Shown here: positions 1 through 12,299 of the stretch, in pieces
Position numbering within the stretch: the first letter of the stretch is position 1
Layout: every line of letters starts with the position of its first letter
DNA from: Selaginella moellendorffii
Lineage: Eukaryota; Plantae; Lycopodiophyta
Assembly (NCBI RefSeq): GCF_000143415.4
Contig: NW_003314385.1
Coordinates: forward strand, 29,296-93,295
Direction: 5' to 3'
DNA length: 64,000 nucleotides
Notes under the pieces: model-generated
Told to the model about the DNA's origin: nothing
What the model saw: the letters and a program-made list of their open reading frames with translations, nothing else
Databases searched by the model: none
Made by a program: the position numbers and the translations under genes

Positions 1-969
1 ATCCCAGTGGGACGGGCCGAAGAGAAGAGGCCTGGTATTTCTGCTGCCATACCACTTCAAGAGCTCAGGGACAAGACAGAGTGGAGGTACGGAGGCGTTC
101 CCTACCTGTTGGCTTATTCAGCAATTGGTGGTAGCGTTACGTTTGTGGCACTTCATTCAAGGGACCCGTCGACGCGGGAGGTCTTGACTAAACAGCTGGT
201 AACCCTTGACCTGTTTCAACTACGCGATCGTATCCGGCTTCTCGTCGTCCTCTTCAACATAGCCAGGTTGTTCCCCGTTTTAAGCAGGCTCTGCATTGAG
301 TACGACGTCGAGGCAGATTATTTACCAGCAACAACATCCGGAGACAAAACCGTGCAGCTTCAGGCGAAGAATGTCGTCAAGACGTATAAGGATTATGATA
401 CGTATTGTACAGTCTTCAACATCTACGAGGCTATCAAGGATGTTCCTCGAGTTGAGATCTGTACAACCCAGAGAATCATTCAGGCTCGGAAGCGAAACAG
501 GAGTTTGGACTACAGTTTAACTTTCGTACCCCGGGTGACGTTTCGTCAGAGAGCCAGGCCACTGAACAATTTGTTGCCGGCTCTTGTTCAAGTAGCAAAA
601 ACGCTGAACGAGCTTCACAATCGGGGCTGGGTTCATAGGGATGTCCACTGGAGAAATATTGGCAAGTTTGGCGGTGACTGGTATCTGATCGACTTCGATG
701 AAGCTGCTATGGTTCCATGCATGGAGCCGCATTTGCTTTGTGAAGATGCGCATGCACCTGAGATGAGAACTGGGGAACATGGCTATCCAGTAGATGTGTG
801 GAGTATTGGCCATCTGATTGCAACCAGCAAGGTGCGATGTGATGGTGGGTTGCTACAGTTGCAGGACGAATGTTTGAGTGAGGATCCCTCTTCAAGGCCT
901 ACCATGCGACAGGTTCTTTACAGGCTTCAGGAGCTGCCTGCCCTTCTCGCGCTCATGGGCAAGGTGTGA
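1..969 (+). CDS. Crinkler (CRN/CR)-like REase + protein kinase protein, 5'-truncated by the window edge
   Basis: Frame open from base 1 (IPVGRAEEK). RAEEK...ELRDKTEWRYGGVPYLLAY resembles the restriction-endonuclease-fold module of CR effectors. Kinase motifs HRDVHWRNI, IDFD, APE, DVWSIG and RPT follow. Confidence 0.65.
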   Translation: MPVGRAEEKRPGISAAIPLQELRDKTEWRYGGVPYLLAYSAIGGSVTFVALHSRDPSTREVLTKQLVTLDLFQLRDRIRLLVVLFNIARLFPVLSRLCIEYDVEADYLPATTSGDKTVQLQAKNVVKTYKDYDTYCTVFNIYEAIKDVPRVEICTTQRIIQARKRNRSLDYSLTFVPRVTFRQRARPLNNLLPALVQVAKTLNELHNRGWVHRDVHWRNIGKFGGDWYLIDFDEAAMVPCMEPHLLCEDAHAPEMRTGEHGYPVDVWSIGHLIATSKVRCDGGLLQLQDECLSEDPSSRPTMRQVLYRLQELPALLALMGKV

Positions 970-2344
970 TCAACGATGGCTTGCTGAAAGAGCTGAAGTC
1001 TGTGAATCTTAATCTGTGATAAAAGCTCAGACAATGTGACATCTTCTTCATCTGCTTCTTGTGATCAGGTCCTTGTAAAACTGATACGAGCAAGCGAAAG
1101 ATTCGTTTGTGCTGCCTCCCTATATCTGCGTGATAATGCCCACAAACTTGCCTGCGACTCGGTAGAAGTGGCTTTAGTGTGCTTCGACGCTGATTGATTT
1201 TTATTTTAAGTGGTCGATACCACCTTACTGTTGGTGGTTATATATATATATATATATATTCGACTCTTTTTATATATGTTTTTTAAGTGCAGCCAAGTAA
1301 AAGAGAGGATGATGTTGGTTGGAACAAGATCTTGCAGGCAGTTTGCAAGAACCGAAGGGTTGAAGCAACGATTTTGTTTAAGATGGTGCCGGTACGAAGT
1401 CTTGCAGTATCGAATCGGAATCTGCAGAACGCAAATCTTTACTTTCGACCGCATGCTTAAGTGGGATGATCGTTCGTGGAACGGTGCTCTTATGGTGTTT
1501 TCTTACAGCGATGAGATCGGTCACACATTGTTTCTAGTGTTTCAGAAGTGCCAGATTGTGACGCAGTGTCTTGGAACATCATGTTTCAAGCTTAAGAGTT
1601 GATGGGGCGTAACTTGGAAATTTGTTAGCTGCTTGCAAGAATCAGAACGATGTTGCTCGGGCTTTCCATGTTGCGAGCAAGAATGGGGAGTGCATCCACC
1701 ACACTGGAAATGGCTTGTTAATCATTTTAGTAGCATTGCAAATCAAAAGTCAATTGTGCTCGTTATTTAAACACTCACTTTTCAAGAATCAAGATGAATT
1801 AACTAGCTTCGTAATGGTTATTAATTAGACTAACACTGACGTCAGCTTCAACTTCATTAACTCAATTCAATAAACAAATTGTATAACAAAATAAATTAGG
1901 AAAGCTTGAAGACCTCTACTCAAACCTTAGCATTCAGATCCCGGCCAGCCACATGTAAAAATGCCACGTGTACATACAACACGTGGCATGTACGACCCTT
2001 ACAAATAACTTAAAACCCTATCATTTGACTTAATTTACGTTTTATTAACTAAATTTCATTCAACGAACTCGGAGAGAAGCCACAGACAAGCAAGAAGTGA
2101 TCATCGCTATCTGCAGTTTCATCCCTTGCAATGTATACGTTGTAGTGATTTTGCTCCTTTTCCCTAGGTTTTTCCTTTCTTGTAGCTGCGAAGGGAGCGC
2201 GTTCCTTGCTTCTGACTTATCCGTCTTCCCAGAGTATATATAACCGGTATGCATTTTCTGGAAAGCTAGGTTTTGTTTGTGATCAGTACTTGATCATGGT
2301 TCCTCTTGTTGCTCAGTCGGGCGATGGTCGGGAATCATAGTGAG

Positions 2345-2983
2345 CATAGTTGCACGCAGACTCGTCCACGCTGTTTTGCGGATGTCTGCGGACGCGTCCG
2401 CGAAACGCGTCCGCAGACGCGTCTGCCCGTTCACGGATTAAAAAAATTAAAAAAAAACCCTCTGTAACCCTATTCCTCGTTTGACAACAGAGATCAGGTG
2501 GGTGTTGGAGTGGGTATTGTAGAGATGGCCGATGCAGAGTGGGAGCATGTGGTAGTGATTGGCATTGACCCAACCACTAGGATCAAAAAATGGCAATGTA
2601 AGTATTGTTCTGGTACATTTCAAGGAGCAGCCAAGAGGTTGAAGGAGTTAGAAGCAATGAGGCCGTTCTCTTCTAACACTGTGGATGATGAAGAACCCAT
2701 GGATGCCAATGAAGAAATGGAAGAAGAAATTGAGGACAACGAGGAAGACAAGGAGGTTTTTGAGAACATGAGGAGTTTGACAACATTTTATTAATGTTTT
2801 AATGTGTTCTGTTCCTGTGTTTTTTTTATTGTCTCAGAATGTTTTTTCGGAATTTTTTAAAAAAATTAAAAAAATTAAAAATAGGGTAAAACACGCAAAC
2901 TCGTCCGCGGCATTTTGCGGACGTCTGCGGACGCGTTTGCGATGTCCGCGTCCGCAGCCGTCTGCAGACAAGGTGCAACTATG
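2345..2983 (+). mobile_element. Non-autonomous hAT element (639 bp internal-deletion derivative)
   Basis: Perfect 11-bp TIR CATAGTTGCAC (2345-2355) / GTGCAACTATG (2973-2983). 8-bp TSD ATAGTGAG at 2337-2344 and 2984-2991. GCGGACGCGT-type subterminal motifs at both ends. Internal ORF starts with a BED-finger half (WEH...WQCKYC...GAAKRLK). Confidence 0.92.
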
Positions 2984-3720
2984 ATAGTGAGGGAGGAGAA
3001 ATGGTTTCCGTCTTTTAAAAGCTATATGGAATCCAAGAAACGAGCGGCGTGTTTGAATCAAAGCCGGGTTTTGAGCACTTCAATCTTCCACGGTGTGGTA
3101 TAGGCCATGGGATCGGGATCATTCGACCTCGACGATCAGCCCACCCAGGTTCAAGAGGCTGAAACGGTGAAACCCATGCATCGGCAGGAATTGTGGTGGA
3201 AGTAAGAGGCGATCACTTTGAGGGAACCCAAGATCAGCAGCAATCCAGGCGTGATGAATAAGAATCTAGGCGAAGAGCAGCGGGCGATGATGAATCCAGT
3301 GGGGCTTTGAAGACGACTGAACAGTTGTCTTCGAGGATGGCCAACAGCGTTGTTGATCGTCAAGGATAAGGGTCGAACATTGACAGCGATCCATCTGCTG
3401 CTGTTTCGAGTGAATTAGCGGCAGCAACAGTAGCGGATCCTCGCAATCATATCATATAATTCTGTGGCTGCAAAACGCGATTTGAGGATTTCAAAGTTGC
3501 CCAGCCAAGGTTCCGGACATGCAAAACAAGGATCATTCATGGTGGGAAGCTCAGACATCCCCGCAAAATTCAACACTCAGTCAGCTGATCTTTTTTTCTT
3601 TTCCTTTTTCTGTTTTTAATACTATTAAATCACCATATGACCGTTGATAACGGTTTTTGAGGTCTTCAGCCGACAAGGGGGTGTAGTTCGTTAGGGCATT
3701 GTATCCCCTTAAACCCTAAA

Positions 3721-6120
3721 ATGCTGCTGGACAGGTTCCCGCGCACAAGGGCGGCAATCAGTCATCATCAAACCGCGGACCAAAGCTCAAGCGCTGTAGC
3801 GAGGAAGCTAGGCTGGCCAATCGATCGCCTTCTCCTTCCAGGCGAGCTGCTGAGGTGAGTGAAGCATCCTCTAGATCTTCCTCCCAGGATGTGTACAAGC
3901 TCAGTACGCGGGGAGGAGCTACGACGGTGACCGATGTGAGTAGGGTTTCGTCGCACAGAGCGTCTCCCAATTTGTACGACTTCACTGGTTTTCAACGGAA
4001 GGATCACACGCAGGAAGACAGGAAAGGGTTTAGGAAGGTGCATTGTTGTGGAGATTCGAAAGCGGCGGACATTGCAGAGATTGTGAATGACAGGCTACAG
4101 GCTTGTGCTGCGGTCAGAACTCCCAGAGTTCCTGGTGATGATCTTAGACGGGGAAGAACAGGGGAGGAGGAAGCAGCTCCGATCAGTGATACATTCTGCA
4201 AGAAAGGCTTGCTTATGAAAGTTCCGGATTATCTCACCAAGCTTGCAGGGGCATCGAGGGGTGGTGAACGAGCTGTTCCTCACTTACGACCTCCAGACTG
4301 TGTTTTTGATACTAAGAAGAAGAACACCAAAAAGAACAAGGCAGGGACTGTGGCGTCTGTGACTGTTCCGATCAGTGCTAAACAGTGGCTGCTTCAGGCG
4401 ATTGGGCTGAAAGACGATGAAATCCGCGAAATGTTTGCGCAGGTACTTGTGTTTTTTGATTTCTTTTTCTCGTCTGAAGGCATGAATGTTTCTGGCAGAT
4501 GGAATCAAATCCTCAACTCGCAGCTGAGCATGTACGTGAGGTGAAGAGTGAATGGGAAGCCATGGAAGCTAGAGTGAACAGAGTTCCCCCGCAAGCAGAT
4601 TTTCTTGTCAAGGACCGGGCGTTGCTAGAGAAAGTAAGGGAGCTGATTGTCCGATTTATCGAATGCACAAATCCAGAGAAGTTCCAGTCTGCTGAGCCAC
4701 TCAAGAATGCGGACGAGAACACTGTCAAGCTGCAATCTAAAGCCTCGAGTCCGGATGATCTGAGCAACAAAGCAGAAAACCTTCATCCTGAGTCGAATGC
4801 TGCTTCCAGATTACAACCTGAAACTCCTTGTCCAATGCCTTCCTGTGAAAACTCCGGTCAAGTGAAAGATGCAGTACCACCAGATGAGAAGCAGACTCTT
4901 CCTTCGTTTATTCCCATGGAGGACTATGTTGTCAACAAGTACGTTGTCCAGGTACGCATTGTCAATAAGCAGGATTTTTTTGTAATCTGCAATAACGATT
5001 TGATGTATGTGGCAGCCAGAACTCTTAGGCAAACCTGAGTGCAAGTTCGCATATAGTCCGTATGATAAACGATGGTATACAGTTGTTTTTCCTGCTCTTC
5101 AGGTACTTTTACTTATTATATTTTTTTTCGACTCTTTTTTTAATGTTTTTGAAGTGCAGCCAGGTAAAAGAGAGGATGTTCAGCTGCTTGGAGAGTGGCT
5201 GCAGCATGCGATGCGCAAGAATCGTTGTGAGAAAGTTGATGGACGGTTCGAAAATGTTGAAGCGGCCTTTGTTCTTCACTCGATTGCTTTCTTAGAGATT
5301 GTTCGTCAGGTGAAAAAACTTACCTGTTTATTTTTTTTGTTCTGTTCTAGAGCTTCTCTTGTTAAGTGATGCCCTTCAGGTTACATCGACAGGTTGATAT
5401 TCATTGCGAAGAACGAGGAAATCTCCTGTTGCATGTGTGGAGACAGCTTCTTCGCATCTTTAACCAGGTATCATCTCATTTGTTTTGAGAAAGCGTGAGT
5501 GAGGTTTGATTTGTTCTTCAGGTGCTTGTGCGGGCTGAACCGAAGCTTAAGGCCACCGAAGAAGAAACCAAACGTCTTAGAAATGAGCTGGAGATGACAA
5601 AGGATCAACTGTTCAGGATGGTATCGGATCATGACTTCTACAAAGAACAGTATGACGTTATAATAGCGAAGCTGAAGGAAAGGGACCATCAAATGAAGCT
5701 GATCAGGAGATGCCGGTTGTGTCGCACTGACAACATGAGTCCCAGATCCCGGGAGGAGTATCTCTTTGACCTGAAGAAGCGATCGATATCTTTCAGATAT
5801 ACTCACTCCACCGATTTTTCAACTCCCACTCCAACGGAAGAGGAGCTCAAGAAACAGGAGGAAGAACGTCTGAAACAAGAGGAGTTGAAGAAGCAAGAGG
5901 AAGAACGTAAGAAGCTGGAGGAAGCTGGTCAGGTTGAAGGGGCCACTACAGAAGAGCAGCCACTCGAAGAGTTATCTTTCGAAGAACCATCTATTGAAGA
6001 TCCAACAATTGAGGAAACGCCTGTGGAATCGGCAGAAGAAAAAGGACCTGTGCCGGTGGTGGAATCCAAGGACGAAGCCGTTCAAACTGATCCCTTGCCC
6101 TTGGAGTCGGAAGCAGGTGA
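3721..6120 (+). CDS. Multi-exon gene with axonemal dynein light chain (p28/AXDND1-like) domain; start and 3' end uncertain
   Basis: Spliced reading QPGKREDVQLLGEWL...HSIAFLEIVRQ|VDIHCEERGNLLLHVWRQLLRIFNQ|VLVRAEPKLK fits the Ax_dynein_light pattern (RxDV..L / F.E..RQV...C.ERG.LL). A coiled-coil, acidic region follows. Short GT-AG introns. Confidence 0.6.
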
Positions 6121-7024
6121 CCCACCCGCTATTGCGTTGAAGACCCAGCTAAGCATTTCCCATGCTGCACCTGGAGCTTTCTTTGGATTCGAAAGCTCCA
6201 TAGCCATCTTCAGTTCCTCAGGCACGGGTAAATTGACCTCCCTCAGATCAATTCGATTGGCCTTGTCGAACGAAGCTGGGAAGTCACTCCAGTCCCACTC
6301 TGCTGCAGGACCAATAACAAGGGCGAGTGTGAAGATGCGGACATTCGTCGGTATCTTCTTCTTAGCCATTATCCCATGGATCTCCCGCATCTCCTTGCCT
6401 TTCAACCGAGCCTTCACCTCATTCAAGGCCTTCTAGAACTTGTGATAGGATTCAGAGTCGTAGATCATATAGTGGACTGAAGATTCCACCTCCGCAAGTC
6501 CCACCATTAAGTCAATGATGGAGCTGACTTCGTCTGCATGAGTGATCTCCTCGTTTGTGAAGTCCATCACACAAAAGATGTTCTTGACCTGCTCATCTCC
6601 GCGGGAAACGATGCTCCTCCACCTTTGATCCTCATCCGAATTCAAGTATACCCGGTAAGGTTCTCGATAGGCCTCTGCTGCGGGGTCGAGCTGTTTCTAA
6701 AGCCGGCGGTCGACATCAATATTAATGAAATTTGGATACTGATCCAACTTCTCAGCTTTACTTTTCGTGGCATCCCGCAGCAGATCGATGAACTTGGGGG
6801 CCCCCTTCACGTACTCGTCGATGTCTTCATTTGACAACTCCAGCGCTTCCATCATCTCTTGCGTGGTGTCGATGCTCACCCTCTCCACGGCCACTTGCTC
6901 GAAGATCCAATCCTTCAATAGCGCACGAGCTCTCAGAGTCGTGCACAAGTCCTCGTATGTCACAATATGGCCAGGAGTCATTTTGGTCTTGTTGAAGACT
7001 ACCTCACCACGTAGAAGAACATTA
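6120..7024 (-). pseudogene. Partial second copy of the transposon cargo gene (C-terminal part, two in-frame TAG stops)
   Basis: 6775-7024 is nearly identical to 8354-8603. ORFs 6697-6981, 6433-6645 and 6082-6426 share one frame and are separated only by TAG codons. Left boundary approximate. Confidence 0.8.
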
Positions 7025-7466
7025 AAGCTCTATTTCGTTAAAGTGGGAATTGTCATTATCCCACTTGTAAAATAAGGTTTCCAAACCTTTATATAGTATA
7101 TAAATATAACAAAATTCAACTGCATTGAGGCACATGCCATTTTATTTTAAACAAGGAAATGTCTACTCAATCACTTCTCCTCCCCCTGCCACTGCTTCAC
7201 CTCTCTCTTCTCCTTGTCATCGTCGTCCAATTTCTTTCCATCCTTTTAATATTGGCTCAGTTGCTCCGAGTCTAGGTGGAGCCCAAGTCCCCATTCAATC
7301 TTTACTTTCCCATTATTAATAAAACAACTTCGTAGACTTCCAATAACATGCTGTAACACTTCTAGTATAATGCAAATCCTCTCAAAGAATTGTCTTTTAA
7401 TATTAATACAATTGCATGGAACACCATGCCATAATAAGTTACATTTTTAAATAAATACATGCCATC

Positions 7467-8253
7467 TCAGACTGTTATTTTTTGCCTCCAACGCCTATAC
7501 AATAATCTTGGAATTTCATCACTCTCCACACTATCAGGATTTAAACCCAATAGTAATGCCATCTCTTCTCTAATACGTCCACGCTCATGTTCAGTGGTCG
7601 AAGAACCCATCCGGTTGAGCAGATTATGGAGATGCGGATAGTGCTTGGCTAGACAATATACATGCCATAAATGATGACTGGTGTCTGTCCGATCAAATGG
7701 CTTATGATATACCGTTCCATCTGCCATTTGGTTGATTTCTGCAGCCACCTCCTGGACTGGCCGGTTCTCTATCACCATCGCTCCAAGCCGTTTTGCAAGG
7801 TCCCCCAGAACATACGGTTTCTTCTCCCTAGTTTCCATACTGCAAGAGATGGGGTGCACTGCATATGTGTGCGTGTTCGCTGCAGTTTTAATCGGCGAGT
7901 CATCGATGATGAGGATTTCACTTGAGCTAGCAGTCCGGTTCATCACTACAGCCTCTGGCTTGACGAAGATGGGCTTGCTACCCCTCACATGGACCATAGT
8001 CAAGCAATCCTCCTGCGTTAGGAGAAAGTCAAATGGTAATATTACTCGCGTCTGATTGTGCATCATCTGTAGCAACGTTAATGCATTGTGGCACATCATG
8101 GATGTCCAAACTCCCAATTGCAAATTGAACCCGGCCCTCTGTTTTAAGTGTCGCATGGTCATTATTAGATCCCGCAGTTTCTCCCGTGTGATTAATGTGA
8201 ATCTGTCTCTTTTGACCAACTTGCGACCGCAGGCTTGGAGGGTGCAGTGAGAT
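7467..8253 (-). CDS. FCP1/SCP (NIF)-like HAD phosphatase domain; N-terminus lost in the assembly gap
   Basis: Motifs LGVWTS (HAD motif II), FLLTQEDC, IFVKP (motif III Lys) and ILIIDDSPIKTAAN..AVHP (motif IV). Motif I would lie in the N gap. Confidence 0.7.
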
Positions 8254-8353
8254 NNNNNNNNNNNNNNNNNNNNNNNNNNNNNNNNNNNNNNNNNNNNNNN
8301 NNNNNNNNNNNNNNNNNNNNNNNNNNNNNNNNNNNNNNNNNNNNNNNNNNNNN
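8254..8353. other. Assembly gap (100 N)
   Basis: Run of n; true length unknown. Confidence 1.
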
Positions 8354-10033
8354 CCGCAGCAGATCGATGAACTTGGGGGCCCCCTTCACGTACTCGTCGA
8401 TGTCTTCATTTGACAACTCCAGCGCTTCCATCATCTCTTGCGTGGTGTCGATGCTCACCCTCTCCACGGCCACTTGCTCGAAGATCCAATCCTTCAATAG
8501 CGCACGAGCTCTCAGAGTCGTGCACAAGTCCTCGTATGTCACAATATGGCCGGGAGTCATTTTGGTCTTGTTGAAGACTACCTCACCACGTAGAAGAGCA
8601 TTAGCCACTGTCAGAAGGTCTTCGTCGTCTAGAGACCGCGAGAAACGCAAGGCATTGAGCTTCAAATCATTGGGCTTCCGGCCGTCCTCCACACCCATTG
8701 AGTTTAGCAACTCCCCGTCATGGTACCTCCTCAGCACATCTACCCATTTGTCAAAAACAACTTTTGTCGCGAGTATAATGTTATGGATGCTGAGTGTGTC
8801 ATTGACCCCCAGTGTTTTCGAGAGAAGACTCGAGAATTCCTGCAATGGAAATGGCGTGAGGCCATATGCTATGCCACATGCAACGAGGCTTACCTGCCAG
8901 GCGCTAGTTGCTAGTGCACGTCCTTGTCCTGGTTTTTGTGGCTTCTTTAGTTGAACCCAGAGCTTCCGTGTTCGTGCCAATGTCTCGTGCAGACCCGATT
9001 TGTAGCACGTTTCTTGCTTGACATTCTGCGCGTGGGAGATGGATATGATAGATCGGAGGGGCGAGTTGCCTTTTATCAGGCGGACAACTCTTGTCTTGAA
9101 GACTTTCTTCACCTCCTCGCCCACCATAATATCCACAACTATCTCTTGCATCGCCAAGCTAGAATGCTGCCCGGAGACGGCATAGAACCGGATGTTCTGA
9201 TCGTCCAACACCTTCCTATTGATCAAGTCTGGAAACCTCGTCTCGCCCTTCATTGTTCGGTAGTAGGGGATCACGTCTGCGATGTCGGGTGTTACTGGAC
9301 TTGCCAGCATCTTCTGCTTCAGTTTCTCCACCCACTCATCAGATACTAGCCTGTGGTTGTATTTGCTTTGGATGTCGATACGGCTCACGTCGATTGTATA
9401 TACTTTGTTGGAATAGTAACAAGTACTATTATTTGCGACGATTTTTGCTGCCTCTTCTTGCTCTTTCTGCTCTTTGCGGCTCTTCTTTTTGGTGGGTGTA
9501 GTGTTCGAACCCGAGGCAATGGCATCACCGAGTAGCTTCTTTTTTGGAGGAGAGTCGGACGTCGGCTTGAGCTTGACCACCCTTTTCTGCTTCGGGGTAA
9601 TTTCCAGATCGACCCCCTTCCCCTTCGCTTCGCGAACTGGAGGCACTCTCAACGACTCAATGTTGGAATATAGTTTTTGAACATCGCCGTAGGTGAGGTC
9701 CGTGGATTCCATGTGATCTTCATAGACCCGCAGCGTCTTTGAAATTGTGGGCCTCCTGGACAACCTCTCCCTAGCTCCCTGTAGGAATTCCTCATAACCG
9801 CTGCCCCCCTCCGGGAAGCCGCTAGGATGTGCAAGGTGGATCTTGAAGGCAGACGCTGTCTCTACCACAAGTGCCAGTCCATATTCTTGCATGGAACTGC
9901 ATGGAGTGTCTGTCACTTGGATGAGGATCCCCATGCATTCTTTTCTCCCACCATCTGTGTTGTACAGCCTCAGATCCTCGCCTTCCATCCCGAAAGTCCA
10001 ACTGGTGAGCTCCTCCCCCTTCTCTGCATCCAC
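8354..10033 (-). CDS. ParB/Srx (DGQHR-like) domain protein carried by the transposon; continues into the gap
   Basis: Long stop-free frame. IDVSRIDI..YNHRLVSDEWVEKLKQKM...FYAVSGQHSSLAM matches the ParB-like R...V..L / GxH pattern. Basic NLS-like segment PPKKK, KKKSRK. Probable 54-nt GT-AG intron at 8840-8893. Start codon uncertain. Confidence 0.6.
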
Positions 10034-12299
10034 ATTGACAGTGGCTGGAAGAAGAACGCAATTCCTCGCCTATTCAGAAATGCACAACAATTAGAGCTGA
10101 CAGATGAAAAGCTAGCAGCTATAAATAACGTGAGGCCACACGCCATTCACCACTGCATCAGATGTCTTGAGGCTGCATCCTAAGATGGCGTGAGGCTACA
10201 TGCCATCTGTAACCGGACTGCACTCGAGAGCCCAATCGGTGCATGCCAATGTTGCTACTGAATGGCATGTGGCCTCATGCCATTTTCTACTTGGCCTAAA
10301 AGACTTACCATTTGAAGCCGAATGGAGGCGTGACAACCGGACTCGCTGGCGAATGTGCACTGTGTGTGCAGCGGATCGTAGCAGCAAGGCTACTCTGCCA
10401 CTTACAGTTGGAGAGTGGCGCTGAAATCTCCCGGGACGCCAAGTGGGCTGCGTATGGGTGGCGGAGTGGGCGGCGGAGTTGGCGGCGAAGTTACAAACTG
10501 GGTGTGTCTTGAAGTGGACGCCGATGCACACGAGTGCGATGCGAGCGCGAGTGTGATGCAAGCGCGAGTGGACGCCGATGCACACGAGAAACCTGTAGAG
10601 AAGTGGGAGCGCGAGTGGGAGCGCGATGCGAGCGCGAGTGTGCGAGTGCGAGTACGAAGCAAAATGCAAAACCTAACCTCACACGCGCGAAATGTCACGA
10701 CGGTTGGTAATCCCGCCACGTCATCATTCCTCGGACTTGGGCGCCACCATTAATTTCTGGATCGGCGCGCGCATGCGTGAAATCCAAAAGAAATCCGCAA
10801 CGTCATCATTCCTCGGACTGCATGCACGCGAAATCCAAAAGAAAGATCATGATTGGGATATCATTTAATACCCTCGCTATATTTATACCATGCATGATTG
10901 GATATTCCAAAGCATCTTGTATTTCCAAAAATGCCAGATGTTCAGCTAAATAAATTGTCAGAGGATTTGATATGACGTTCAAGCGTGTGGGCTCATGCAA
11001 TTTTGATCCCAAAAAATGCACCAAAAAATGCTCGGCGTCATCTGGCATTATCTCTTGAATGGCGTGGGGCCGCATGCCATTTTCAGGAGCACATAGGAGT
11101 ATATTCCTAGAATATTCTGACACGTGCGAGATTGTTTTGAGTTTCCTGGAGATCCAACCGTTAGATCACAACTAGATTTTACAGAATGGTATACAATGTC
11201 TTTCTTGATGACCCTACAAAGAAGCATCTCGATCGGACACCACATGAGACCACACGAGCCTTATAATGTTTCAGGGGCATTTGCCATAGATCCGACCGTT
11301 ATTTTGCTCCAAGATTCTACATTTTGGTGTGCATTGACCTTTCCATCGACACTGCAAAGGGACATCACAATCAGATGCGGGATCACAAGAAACCAACTTC
11401 ACTAACTCTGGTTTCACCAAGATCTACGTAAGGAGTTATGAAATGAAAGGACCCTCTCTATTGAAATGTGTTTATGGTTCTAGGGGCATTGTGACATATC
11501 AAAGGATTTTGCATCAAGTTCTGTATTTGCATGTTTATCAAGCTACTGAATTGCTAAACCCTAAACCCTAACCCTAAACATGTGGCAAATGCTGCGTGAA
11601 GAAAGATGCCCTTTCTAGGCAAATGCTGTAAGAGGCAGATGCCGAGCAGATGTATCTCAGGCTAGCGAAGGGGACAAACGAAAGCTAGCTATAAACATGA
11701 CGGGATGCAAATAGATTACTAGGCTGGTCCTGCGAAAATCAAAAACCATAATTGAAAACATTGAAAATGCAAAAAGAAAGGTTTATAATATTTTTGAATT
11801 TTAAGCAACCAAATGAATGTAAGTAGGGCATGTGTTTGTAAATTTAAAAATGCCTCAACCACTTAAATTCCCAAGTAAATAAAGCTGTTTCTATTTTTGG
11901 TACAGGTAAACTTTATAGCGTGTGGGCTCATGCAATTTTGAACCCAAAAATGCACCAAAAAATGCTTGACTAGCATTATTCTTTGAATGGCCTGTGGCCT
12001 TATATTGCCATAAATGGACGTACACACACAGCATAATTATTCCTTTATACGGCGAATAATCTTGGCGCGGATCGCTAACATGGCATGGCAAAGTTCGAAT
12101 CACTGACATGGCACAGCTGGATCGAGGCAAGGACATGATGTGACAAAGTTCAACCTCCGACAGCAAAGTCTAGAAGCTACTCAGTTTGAAATTTGTCAGA
12201 GGAATCATAAGATCTGGTTTGTCAGAGGATTTGATGTGACGTTCAAGCGTGTGTTATTTTTGAATTCTCGAACTCATTCCTAGGTCTATCATTTTTGTG

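Noticed and set aside
8192-8353. The 613-aa ORF reading through the N run into LTAPSKP...
   Set aside because: Frame across a gap of unknown length is meaningless; the HAD frame left of the gap is a different one.
11555-11580. Telomeric repeat AAACCCT
   Set aside because: Only ~3 imperfect units; telo-box-like interstitial motif.
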